From Dehalococcoidia bacterium (GTDB lineage Bacteria > Chloroflexota > Dehalococcoidia > GIF9 > UBA5629), in the NCBI GenBank assembly GCA_050011565.1, contig JBEKIW010000002.1:160001-224000 (forward strand): 64,000 nucleotides of DNA, read 5' to 3'. The notes beneath the pieces were generated by a model, which worked only from the letters and a program-made list of their open reading frames with translations, did not search any database and was not told the DNA's origin. Within the stretch, counting starts at the first letter, position 1. Each line of letters opens with the position of its first letter. Below are positions 29,016 to 38,681 of the stretch, one piece after another. The position numbers and the translations under genes are program-made.

Positions 29016-29136
29016 ACTAAATTCTCGCCCCCATCCTGGCTTTGTAGCATTATCTCCACCCCTCCACGGAAGCTATACTGCTCACACGTAAGAAGTGATA
29101 CAATAGCTTGGGGCAGGTCAGTCGGCGGCTAATACA

Positions 29137-29892
29137 ATGAGTGTGCGGCATCAAAGTCAAAAGTTACTACAGAGCCGGTTTGATATTGTCTGGCAGCGCC
29201 TGGATGATGCCGGCGAACAACAGATGGTAACGCCAGACGGTCACAGGTTTATGGCACTGGCTTCCCGGCGTAAAAGGACTCCGGAAGACCAGGACCCCAG
29301 GTTCATTGCAGTCAAACAGCGCGGGCAGGAGTTTGCCCGTATCTACCCCTGCTGTTGGGGCCACACCACCAATTGCCATGGCACGCGAATAGGCGGCTAT
29401 AGCGATGGGCTGGATGCCTGGGCTAAAGGCATGATGATAAGCAAGGAGAGTCTGACTTTAAAACCTAATGATGAGGTCATTTACCTGCTCAGTAAGTTGC
29501 TCAACTCAGAGGAGTTAGACTATGACCAGGCTTGCCTGCATCTTCCCCCAAAACCGGGAGTCTATCTAGTCTATGATAGAAAGCAAAAGAAATACATCTA
29601 TGCCGGTAAAGCTCTGGATATACAGAAAAGAATTCAGCAGCATGCCCAACATCAAAATAGGTTGTTTGGATTTAGTAATCAACCGGTTCAGAAAGGGCTA
29701 ATCGATAAAAAACTTTGTGCCGACTCAAGTGGAGCCCAAGAATACTTAGCCACAAACTGCACTGTAAGGTACCTGGTTGTATCCGATGAAAAACAAAGAA
29801 AGCAGCCCTGGAAGAAGCGCTCGCTTTTAGAACATTACGCTATTTGCGTTATTGAACCTGAATACAATATTTCTGGCGAATTCGAGCATTAG
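29137..29892 (+). CDS. Protein with C-terminal GIY-YIG nuclease-like domain
   Basis: PGVYLV...YIYAGKA..I.KRI..H...LE...I...PEYN. Confidence 0.72.
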   Translation: MSVRHQSQKLLQSRFDIVWQRLDDAGEQQMVTPDGHRFMALASRRKRTPEDQDPRFIAVKQRGQEFARIYPCCWGHTTNCHGTRIGGYSDGLDAWAKGMMISKESLTLKPNDEVIYLLSKLLNSEELDYDQACLHLPPKPGVYLVYDRKQKKYIYAGKALDIQKRIQQHAQHQNRLFGFSNQPVQKGLIDKKLCADSSGAQEYLATNCTVRYLVVSDEKQRKQPWKKRSLLEHYAICVIEPEYNISGEFEH

Positions 29893-29906
29893 CCACGCCA
29901 ATATCG

Positions 29907-30719
29907 CTATCGTACATTATCAAGGAGCCTAAATAATTCAATAACCTTATCTTTGGATAATCTTGTTGATATTACTTTACCAACTACTTCCTTACTTTCT
30001 GATTCCACCCGCCCCTTAAAATAATTCACTTGTATATCGTATTCCCCCTTCAGTGAATCTGTATCCATTAAAAGTTTGTTAGTGAACTCAGGTTCATTTT
30101 TGTACCAATTCGTCATCCTTTTTAAGAATTCAATACATAAGAGCAATTGAAGCCTGAAAAGAAATTCCACAGATTCTGGATAATAAAAACCACCTAAAAA
30201 TAAATTATGTCCGTAATATGGTTTATCCGCCCCATAAACAGGAGTAGCCTTGCTATTCGTATGTATATATAAGGACAGCCAGTCCCATATATCTTTCCAT
30301 TCCTGACCGTCTTCAATCTTGTCTTTAATATTATTTATACTAAACCGAAGTCTTTCTTTTTTAGTCTCTGCTTTCCACCAAGCTAAAGCATCATTTGGGA
30401 AAGAATGTAAGTATTCCGTTAGAGCCATTGCCTCTATTGCATCCCTTACTACCATCATGGCCTGGAGATAAAAACCATTCTTTGTCAATTCACTAGTTAC
30501 CTTCAAATCATTCCATATACGAACCCCAAGATCGACAGTATGCCTATCTACTCTATTAGCCCTATCCTTTTTAGTTAATAGCCGGATATATTGCGCTAAA
30601 TATTCATATGCCTTATCCGATACGTTTTGAAGTTCCCCGATTAAATTAGCTATCTTCTCGCGAGTTACCGTGGAGTCTTCTTCCATTACATTTTTCAAAA
30701 TATATAATGGTCTAGGCAT
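29907..30719 (-). CDS. AT-rich hypothetical protein
   Basis: 270-aa ORF with low GC; helical, with R...E and LS.Y.H motifs. Confidence 0.7.
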   Translation of the reverse strand: MPRPLYILKNVMEEDSTVTREKIANLIGELQNVSDKAYEYLAQYIRLLTKKDRANRVDRHTVDLGVRIWNDLKVTSELTKNGFYLQAMMVVRDAIEAMALTEYLHSFPNDALAWWKAETKKERLRFSINNIKDKIEDGQEWKDIWDWLSLYIHTNSKATPVYGADKPYYGHNLFLGGFYYPESVEFLFRLQLLLCIEFLKRMTNWYKNEPEFTNKLLMDTDSLKGEYDIQVNYFKGRVESESKEVVGKVISTRLSKDKVIELFRLLDNVR

Positions 30720-30915
30720 GTGAGCCTCCGTCCATAATAATTATTGATAGTATATGTCTACAAAATCTTCTTTACAATATTTTTACTCAATTTTTACCCA
30801 TTCGAATGATTTCTTATAAGGCCGATAGCTAGTATAAAGTTGATAAATAACGCTAGTTACCATTGATTTTATGATATCGGCGGCTCTAATTCAGTAAGTG
30901 ATATAATCCCTAATC

Positions 30916-31047
30916 GTGCTTCTATTCAACTATTCCACCATTATCGACCCGATACTGAAAGACGTCAGGACTTGTGTCGCTGAGCTTTATGGCATCAAGG
31001 CGGGCGACAGGGTACTGGATGTCGGCTGCGGTACGGGCGGCCTTTAA
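30916..31047 (+). pseudogene. Truncated class I SAM methyltransferase (N-terminal fragment)
   Basis: YSTIIDPILKDVR...GDRVLDVGCGTGGL* stops right after motif I. Confidence 0.7.
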
Positions 31048-31191
31048 TTAAATCAAAAGTTAAAAGCCAAAATTCAAAAATACAAGTAAAATGTAATAAA
31101 TAGTCTCTAGACTGCGGAGATTTTTTCAGATTATGAAGGACGTGATACAATAATCCGGCGCATCATATATTAACTTGAGGAGACGACCGCT

Positions 31192-32274
31192 ATGACTACC
31201 GTTTATGAGAAGCTTCGCGAGAGATTGGATATGTTCCCACAGGGGTTCGCCAAGACGGAGAGCGGGGTGGAGCTGGAAATACTGAAACGCCTGTTTACTC
31301 CGGAAGAAGCGGAAATTATGCTGGGGCTCAAACCCATGCCGGAAAAGCTGGCGGATATTGCCCGGAGGATGGGCAGGGACGAAACCGAACTGGGAGAGAA
31401 ACTGTACGATATGTCCAAGCGGGGACTGCTCATGCGCTGGCAGGCACCCGATAAGGAAATGTACTATTTCCTGATTCCGTGGGCAATCGGTATTTTCGAG
31501 TTCCAGTTGAATAACCTCAACAAGAAAAACGTCGAGCTGTTCGAGAAATTCTACGAAGAAGGCATGGTGCCTTCCTGGAAAAACAGAAAAACGGGCATGG
31601 TCCGGGTTATTCCCGTTCAAAAAGAAATAGAAGGGAAAACCGAGATTCAGCCCTACGAAAGGGTGTCGCAGATTATCGAATCGCATACCAGGTTTGCTGT
31701 GGCTGACTGCATCTGCCGGAAAATAGGCAAAATGCAGGGACACGGCTGCGACAAGCTGATGGAAGCCTGCATGAGCTTCGGGCCGGCGGCGGATTTCTAC
31801 ATCGAGAACGGTATCGGACGGGAGATTACCAAAGAGGAGGCAAAGCAGATACTCGAAAAATCCGAGGAAGCCGGACTGATTCACTGCTCGACAAACAAGG
31901 TGGGCACCAAGACATTTATATGAAATTGCTGCGGCGACTGCTGCGGGGTCCTGCGGCTCATCACCAAATACGATAATCCTGGAATGGTAACCACATCTAA
32001 CTACTATGCCGAAAAAGACGACGATACCTGTAACGACTGTTTTACCTGCGTCGACCGGTGCAATGTGCACGCTATAACCGTTGAAAAAAATGAGGCTACG
32101 GTCATTAGCAGGGAAAAATGCATCGGCTGCGGGCTGTGCGCCTCTACCTGCCCCACGGGGTCGATTACCATGGTTAGCAAATCACCCGCTGAAGCTCCCC
32201 CCATCTTCTCACGCGAAATGGAGATGCTGCAGGCTATGGGGATGGAAAGGGGAAAGAAGTTCCCCTTTGACTAA
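31192..32274 (+). CDS. Putative selenocysteine-containing Fe-S protein (HTH-like N-terminus, C-terminal 2x4Fe-4S), 360 aa, U244
   Basis: ORFs 31192-31923 and 31984-32274 are in frame across TGA 31921-31923, reading FI-U-NCCGDCC; hairpin GCTGCGG-GGTC-CTGCGGC at 31940-31957. Confidence 0.82.
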
Positions 32275-32298
32275 ATTTGCCTTTAATTTTGGTTTCCA

Positions 32299-32628
32299 CC
32301 CTCACCCTGACCCTCTCCCATCAAGGGAGAGGGAAGATTTTTTTTCTGAGAGGGGCTGCGCCCCTCTTAACTCCCTGGGGCGGGATTAAACAAGTTAAAA
32401 GCTAAAGACCCCCCTTTAGTCCCCCTTTTCCAAAGGGGGGATACATCATCAAAGACCAAAGTTAAAAACCAAAAAGACAGCTTCACCCCCACCCTAACCC
32501 TATCCCATTCCCCATATCCCAGCGGGAGTAAATCCTCGCTGGATGCCTGCCCACCCTTCCTCTCGGGGAGAGGAAAAAATAGAACTCTTTTCTCTCGCCC
32601 CTGGAGGGAGAGGGTTAGAGTGAGGGGG
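32299..32628. repeat. Cluster of REP-like hairpin repeats (CCCTCACCCT...GGGAGAGGG family)
   Basis: Units near 32299-32333, 32348-32368, 32409-32442, 32486-32506, 32597-32628; related copy at 43831-43882. Confidence 0.72.
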
Positions 32629-32829
32629 AAACAAATCAAAAGTTAAAAAAGTTTTAGGGGTCACCTGCCCTCAGGTGACCCACCACGCAAATACAAACCA
32701 CGACGATCACCCGTAGGCGGGTGACACGTAGTAATTTCGGCGGGGTGGAAAAAAGAGAGTATTGCTAGGGCCAGACCACATATGTATAATGATAATTACG
32801 TGGGGTGATTCAAAGGTAAGGGAGAAATT

Positions 32830-32988
32830 ATGAATATCTTATTGATTATCGGCCTTATACTGCTGGCATTATGGCTGCTGGGTTTCCTGGTTTTCCCTGC
32901 TTTGGGCTGGCTGCTCCATATAGCGCTTATTATTGCCGTTATTCTGATTATTATCTGGCTGCTAAGAAGGGTATTTAAACTCTTTTAA
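32830..32988 (+). CDS. lmo0937-family small membrane protein (52 aa), not in ORF track
   Basis: MNILLIIGLILLALWLLGFLVFPALGWLLHIALIIAV...; GGAG RBS; paralog at 39837. Confidence 0.82.
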   Translation: MNILLIIGLILLALWLLGFLVFPALGWLLHIALIIAVILIIIWLLRRVFKLF

Positions 32989-33018
32989 CGGCTCCCAATT
33001 TATAAGCCGGCAGATTAG

Positions 33019-33246
33019 CTAATGGCTCCGCTTCTTCCTCTTGAACTTTCCGTACAATTCGATAAACATTACATTCAACGAAATAGATAAAACGAGAGGT
33101 ACAAGTAGCAGCCATAAGTGCTTATATATATCGATGCCGAAATACTGGCAGGCGAAAACCAGAATAAAGGCGAACACCATGCCTAGCGCCGCGCAGCCTA
33201 CCGCAAAATAGATAAGCTCCAGTATAAAACTATCCCGTCCGCTCAT
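33019..33246 (-). CDS. Small two-TM membrane protein
   Basis: Overlaps the yihY-like stop; hydrophobic. Confidence 0.65.
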   Translation of the reverse strand: MSGRDSFILELIYFAVGCAALGMVFAFILVFACQYFGIDIYKHLWLLLVPLVLSISLNVMFIELYGKFKRKKRSH

Positions 33247-34078
33247 TCCCAGCCCTGCTCCGCATTTCCAGGTTTACATGCATTACCTTGGCAATGAATA
33301 GAAAGACCAGCGCCGATAGATAAGTCCACATCAGAAAAGCGATAAGAGCGCCTATGGAACCGTAGACCAGATTATACGGGTTGAAAACCCTGAGATAAAC
33401 TAAAAATACTATCTTGGTAATTTCAAAGGACATAGCAGCTACCAGAGCGCCCAGCCATATATCTTTCCATTTTGGCCGTTTTCCGGGTATGAACCTGTAG
33501 AGAAATAGGAATACCAGGAAGGCAAGGCCGGTAGCTAAGACATTTGCCAGTATACGTTCTATCACATTGCTGTTTACCATGTGGGCTCCAGGCACCGGGA
33601 TGCCTTGCTCGGAGACAGTGCTGAGAAAGACCGTTATCAAGACTGATAAGAACAGAAGAATGGCGGCACCAATCATCATTATCAAGTTAATAAGCTGGCC
33701 TTTCAGAATGTGTTGAGGTTTGCGTATACCCCAGGCTGTATTTAGCGAGGCTCTTATTGAATTGAAAAAGGAGAAACCGCCCCAAATCAGCCCGATAAAA
33801 GCCACCACGCCGATGGCGCCCCGGGCGGCGGCAACACTGGTTACGGTGCTGGCAATCAACTGCCGGGATACAGGCAGCAGATAGGCGATGCCGCGAATGA
33901 TTTCATCCTGCGTATATGGCGATGCGGCAAAGGAGCCCGCGATGTATACCACCGCCAGAGCCAGTGGAAATATTGATAAAAGTAAATTGAATGAAACGGA
34001 AGCTGCCAGGAGAGTGCCGTTATCGGTGCCGAATTCCTTTAATGACTCCTTTAACAGCGGGATGATTTTGCTTTTCAT
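33230..34078 (-). CDS. YihY/BrkB family membrane protein
   Basis: LLSIFP, LYRFIP, YNLVYGSIGALIAFLMW. Confidence 0.9.
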   Translation of the reverse strand: MKSKIIPLLKESLKEFGTDNGTLLAASVSFNLLLSIFPLALAVVYIAGSFAASPYTQDEIIRGIAYLLPVSRQLIASTVTSVAAARGAIGVVAFIGLIWGGFSFFNSIRASLNTAWGIRKPQHILKGQLINLIMMIGAAILLFLSVLITVFLSTVSEQGIPVPGAHMVNSNVIERILANVLATGLAFLVFLFLYRFIPGKRPKWKDIWLGALVAAMSFEITKIVFLVYLRVFNPYNLVYGSIGALIAFLMWTYLSALVFLFIAKVMHVNLEMRSRAGNERTG

Positions 34079-34195
34079 TGACCTTCCCCCGGACTATTAT
34101 AACACCCCCTTTAAGAGATTGGCATTTAGAGCGTAGTTGCAATTACTTAGCATGTATGTGAAAATCAATTATAACGTCAAAAAGGGGGCACTATT

Positions 34196-34648
34196 ATGAT
34201 AGAAGTTGGCAGCCGGGCTCCTGACTTCGCACTAAAGGACCAGGATGGCAAATCAGTGAAGCTTCCTTCTTTTAAAGGTAAGAGGGTTCTACTCTCATTC
34301 AGACCGTTGGCCTGGACGCCGGTCTGAAGCGACCAGATGGTGTCTCTGGAAGAGCACTTCGACCAATTCGACAAATTGAATACAGTAGCCCTGGGCATCG
34401 GCGTTGATTCAGCGCCCTCGAACAAGGCGTGGGCAAAATCACTGAACATCGAGAGAACCAGATTACTTGCTGATTTCTGGCCTCAGGGAGAGGTGGCAAG
34501 GCTATATGGCGTGTTCCGGGACAAAGACGGTTTTTCCGAGCGAGCGAACATATTGATTGACGAGAACCAGGTAGTAGTATTTGCCAAGGTATATCCTATC
34601 TCTCAGCTACCGGATATTGAGGAGATAATTAAGTTTTTAAAAGCCTGA
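34196..34648 (+). CDS. Selenocysteine-containing peroxiredoxin (AhpC/TSA family), U44
   Basis: MIEVGSRAPDFALKDQ...PLAWTPV-TGA(34325-34327)-SDQM...; TGA sits at the peroxidatic Cys of PxxxTxxC; hairpin CCAGA-TGGTGTC-TCTGG. Confidence 0.9.
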
Positions 34649-34944
34649 CCGACTAAGGATCTTACACGAAGCAAGTGCCTATAAACCGCCTCCAGCGGTT
34701 GGACGGCACAGGAAGCCGGAGGTACGCAGAGCTGTCAGGAATAAGCTGGCAGAATCAGAAACCTGCGAGGAACCTCTGCAAATCAAAACTCAAACATTAA
34801 AAATGGCAAGTCACAGCCCGATAATCATATAGTACTATGAAATATAGTAGTACTACTGGACGTATAAAATCAGTACTTAATCGTTATTCCCTTTATTCTA
34901 TTTCAATGATAAACTGAAAACTGGATTACTTAAAGGAGACTACG

Positions 34945-35172
34945 ATGGATAACACGGACGGCGAAAAAGAAATGAGATGGCAGCCAAAGGAGCTAGTTGA
35001 CCTGGGCAACGGCCTCAGAATGGGAATAACAAGTGACGACGGTTATTATATAGTCCTGTCACTAGGTCATGAAGGTTTCTGGAAACCTTCTAATTGGATT
35101 CCTCCCAGAGTGGCAAAACGACTGGGTGAATTAGCTGGTTTCCAAATTGCATTAGCTAATGCGTATCACTAG
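34945..35172 (+). CDS. Small hypothetical protein, paralog of 18025-18324
   Basis: AAGGAG RBS; strong similarity to the paralog. Confidence 0.75.
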   Translation: MDNTDGEKEMRWQPKELVDLGNGLRMGITSDDGYYIVLSLGHEGFWKPSNWIPPRVAKRLGELAGFQIALANAYH

Positions 35173-35177
35173 TATCG

Positions 35178-35921
35178 CTATCTCCCCAGAAGGGCATCCC
35201 AAAATGGCACGGTTTCGGTCTTATAGACGGTCCGCTGCTTTTCAGCCTGGTAGGGGACCTGATACGGTACTTGCCGTTCCCCGGTGACTGTCTTCGGTCC
35301 GATTACCTCGTCCGTCCAAATCAGTTTAACGCTTCTTATGGCATAAGCGTCCCAGGTGGTGGCTAAAATACCAAATTCCCTTACATTGTTGGCGTCAAAT
35401 ACAATTTGATTGGCTGCTCCGGAACCCAGCTGCACCTCACCGAGCATCGGCGCCGTGCTGAGCGTGGCATTGAGGTTGCTCAACCAGTCCAACTCGGAAG
35501 GCTGTATCCAGATCTTCTTGAACGGTGTTGGCCGTGGCGGAATCGGGCCATTGCTGGAAAGGTCGTAGACTCTCACCATTCCGCTTTGTTCCTGTGCACC
35601 CTGTGACAGGTCAATTTCTACCTGATTTTTGGAATGCACCGGTTCAATTATATAGTCGTAGTAATAGGTGCCGCCTGAGCCTTCGAACCCGGGTGCAAGC
35701 ACATCGGTATACCATTTCGTCTGTAGATTCAGATAGGTAGTACCCTGCTTGGAGCTTATTACGGCATTTACCGTCTCAGTATACGGTTCAGTCCGGTACT
35801 CAGTCTTGTATTCAGTTTCGTAATAAGTCTCAACTACCGGTATCTGTCTGGTCACACACGAGGTCACCAGCAGCAGCGAAATCACAACAAGTACGCAAAA
35901 CAATATTCCAAACTTTCTCAT
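35178..35921 (-). CDS. Lipoprotein, unknown function
   Basis: Lipobox VTSC; repeated ETYYETEY and VPYQVPYQ segments. Confidence 0.75.
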   Translation of the reverse strand: MRKFGILFCVLVVISLLLVTSCVTRQIPVVETYYETEYKTEYRTEPYTETVNAVISSKQGTTYLNLQTKWYTDVLAPGFEGSGGTYYYDYIIEPVHSKNQVEIDLSQGAQEQSGMVRVYDLSSNGPIPPRPTPFKKIWIQPSELDWLSNLNATLSTAPMLGEVQLGSGAANQIVFDANNVREFGILATTWDAYAIRSVKLIWTDEVIGPKTVTGERQVPYQVPYQAEKQRTVYKTETVPFWDALLGR

Positions 35922-36135
35922 CTACATTCTCCTCGACAAGTGCCTGCTTTTTAGGATACGTCGATTGCATAAAGTTGTCAAACGTAAAATATGGTGAGGC
36001 CCAATGAGCGGCAAAGACTCACGAAATGCCTGCAGCGACCTGGCTTTAGCTCTCTGGTATACTAAGGTATAATGGTGACGATAAGCTGAAATTGCAGCTC
36101 CTGGCCTGCATTAAAATACTTTCGGGAGGTGAAAC

Positions 36136-37350
36136 ATTAAAAAGTTAATTCCTTTGCTTCTACTGATGGTGATGCTTACAGCCGGCTGCGATTTGGCCGG
36201 GATTAGCATCTCAACTAGTACACAGCCGCCGGTCATCAGCTCGTTTAGCGCTAGTCCAGCAAGTATTACCGCCGGCGCATCCTCGACGCTTAACTGGAGC
36301 GTTGCCGGGGCGACCACAGCAAGCATAGACCAGGGTATAGGTAATGTGGCTTTGACCGGGAGCAGGGCCGTAATGCCGGGCGCAACCACTGTCTATACCC
36401 TGACGGCAACCAACTCGACTGGTACGAGCGCTACGGCTACGACCCAGGTGATAGTTTCGGGAGCATCAACACCGCCAACGCCACCGGCACCCGGTGGCCT
36501 GCCGGTTATCAACTATTTTACAGCCAGCCCAACTAATATATATGCGGCTGATTCGTCTACCTTGAGCTGGAATGTATCGAATGCGACGTCAGTAAATATC
36601 GACCACGGAGTAGGTGCTGTCGGCCTCTCAGGAAGCACGTCAGTCTGGCCAGCGATGAGCACCGATTACACCTTGACGGCAACTAATGCGGCTGGAGAGT
36701 ACATCAGGACAACTACCGTTTTTGTTTCCGGAATACCACTGCCATCATCGTTTGCTGTTACCAGTGTCACGTCGACTGCTGACCCGCCGTTTTTCAGTGG
36801 CGCGTGTCCCATGATCGTTAACTTTAATGCTGTAATTACGGTTAATGGACCGGGCACGGTGACTTACAGGTGGGAGAGCAGCGAAGGCGGAACGGGAACG
36901 ATGCAGAGCATCAACTTCCTGAGTGCCGGCTTGCAGGAGGTCAGCACCTCGTTGCAAGCAGATACGACGGGTTCCTACTGGTTACGCCTGCACGTTTTCA
37001 CACCCAACGAGATAATATCGAATCAGGCGAATTTCACGCTCAACTGCGCTTCGGCTCCAGGCGGGATTTGGGGGAGGACCTGGTCAACCACTTACGGCAT
37101 GATGACTCTGACTCAAACGGGAAATCAGGTATCAGGCAATTATGAGCACAGTAATGGGCATATCACAGGTACGGTTTCAGGCAATGTTCTAACCGGCACC
37201 TGGTCCGAGGCACCAACCTATACCGCGCCTGATAATGCCGGCGATGTTCAGCTAACAATTTCGCCTGACGGCAAAACCTTCACCGGTGGCTGGAGATATG
37301 GGTCTTCCGGAAGCTGGACTATGAACTGGAACGGGACCACAATCTTCTAA
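36136..37350 (+). CDS. Lipoprotein with repeated Ig/PKD-like domains, probable ATT start
   Basis: GGAGGTG-aaac-ATT AAA AAG TTA... gives (M)KKLIPLLLLMVMLTAGC; two YTLTATN repeats. Confidence 0.78.
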   Translation: MKKLIPLLLLMVMLTAGCDLAGISISTSTQPPVISSFSASPASITAGASSTLNWSVAGATTASIDQGIGNVALTGSRAVMPGATTVYTLTATNSTGTSATATTQVIVSGASTPPTPPAPGGLPVINYFTASPTNIYAADSSTLSWNVSNATSVNIDHGVGAVGLSGSTSVWPAMSTDYTLTATNAAGEYIRTTTVFVSGIPLPSSFAVTSVTSTADPPFFSGACPMIVNFNAVITVNGPGTVTYRWESSEGGTGTMQSINFLSAGLQEVSTSLQADTTGSYWLRLHVFTPNEIISNQANFTLNCASAPGGIWGRTWSTTYGMMTLTQTGNQVSGNYEHSNGHITGTVSGNVLTGTWSEAPTYTAPDNAGDVQLTISPDGKTFTGGWRYGSSGSWTMNWNGTTIF

Positions 37351-37372
37351 GCCGGCAAACGAAGATGGTTAT

Positions 37373-38563
37373 TTAAATCTGGGGCTTCCCCAGGCTGATG
37401 ACCGCCTGTGGGATATGCGGTGACGGTATGCCGGTGGCGCTCTGAATGGCTTGTTGCTCCCCGGCAGTTAATTTGGTTTTGAAGTAACAGCCTAAATCAA
37501 TTGCCGATGCCTGAATCAGCATATTGCTAGCCACGAAACCTGCTTCCAGCTGGGCGAACTCCTGCCCCACATAAGAAGAGTCCAGGCAAAGTATGACATA
37601 GCACGGCGCCTGATTGAGACCACTGACAGCAGATTGCAGGCTGCCTCTAACATCGTCGGAATTTATCCGTTCCAGCCTGTGGTCGCGAGTGGTCAGGTCT
37701 GTGTCGGGATTTCTGTTGTGATAACGGTAAACCCCATTTTCATTTACCAGATAGATGCTTCCCGTTAAATAATATTTAGCCATGGCTGAGGGAACTGTCA
37801 AGCCCGCCCTGCCATTTGAGCTGTCGTGGGGAGTGCAGCCGTATCCAGCCCACAGAATCTGCGAGATTTGCTGCCTGGTTAAATTCGTTTGGTCGAAATT
37901 GCTGGTGTATTTTAGATTAGCCAGCACTGTTTCCAGTGCGTCGTCACCTGTAGTTTTGGGGTCCGGTAGCCAGCCGTCATCACCCTCCGGCACCGAAGAA
38001 TGTGCTACCAGTTCGGAGGTTAGTCCTCTAACGTCCTGTACTCCGAAATATAACTTCGACCGCATGGGGCAGCTGGAAACCGACGATCCACTGGTGCCCC
38101 ATTGGGAGACGGAGGCCAGTATTGCCGGCATATACGATAGGCCGGCATCAAAATCAATCTCTCTCTCAAAACTCAGTACAAAAGCACCCCTGTCAGCCAC
38201 ATCATTTGAATACCAGCTAAGTGAGTTAGTGCCCGGGTCATACAAATATGTCGCGGTCGGCGTAGCGACATAGATTTTTCTGAAAGCCCCGGTGACCGGA
38301 ACCTTTCCGGCAGCCCACAAAACGTTACTTAGTTGCTGGTCGCTGGCAGTGCCGGTGGGGTTATGGTCTGAATACCGGCTGTTCAGGCAGATTTCAACAG
38401 ATTGTCCGGTGTGGATTGGCTCGGGAAGAGAAATTTTAGACTCCGTTCCAAGTGCAGGAGGTGCCGGCGCGGGCCCGGTTGGAGTTGGAGTCGACGGCGT
38501 AACACAACCGCCAAACAGAATGATAACGATGCCCAGTAGCGGGACCAAAAGCGCCTTTTTCAT
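37373..38563 (-). CDS. Lipoprotein with tandem SagB/nitroreductase-like domains
   Basis: Lipobox FGGC; LSNVLWAAG and ISQILWAGYG, TVPSA, LEAGFVASN. Confidence 0.78.
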   Translation of the reverse strand: MKKALLVPLLGIVIILFGGCVTPSTPTPTGPAPAPPALGTESKISLPEPIHTGQSVEICLNSRYSDHNPTGTASDQQLSNVLWAAGKVPVTGAFRKIYVATPTATYLYDPGTNSLSWYSNDVADRGAFVLSFEREIDFDAGLSYMPAILASVSQWGTSGSSVSSCPMRSKLYFGVQDVRGLTSELVAHSSVPEGDDGWLPDPKTTGDDALETVLANLKYTSNFDQTNLTRQQISQILWAGYGCTPHDSSNGRAGLTVPSAMAKYYLTGSIYLVNENGVYRYHNRNPDTDLTTRDHRLERINSDDVRGSLQSAVSGLNQAPCYVILCLDSSYVGQEFAQLEAGFVASNMLIQASAIDLGCYFKTKLTAGEQQAIQSATGIPSPHIPQAVISLGKPQI

Positions 38564-38681
38564 TTTAGTGTTCCTTATGGTCAATGGTTTCAGTATAGCA
38601 ATAGTCCATGGGCTGTATCAATGAACTTATGAGATGCGTGCATTGTTTGCTAATCAAAAAAGCATGGTGCATAATTACATT

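Noticed and set aside
31126-32070. 314-aa minus-strand ORF
   Set aside because: Antisense shadow of the Sec Fe-S gene; no motifs
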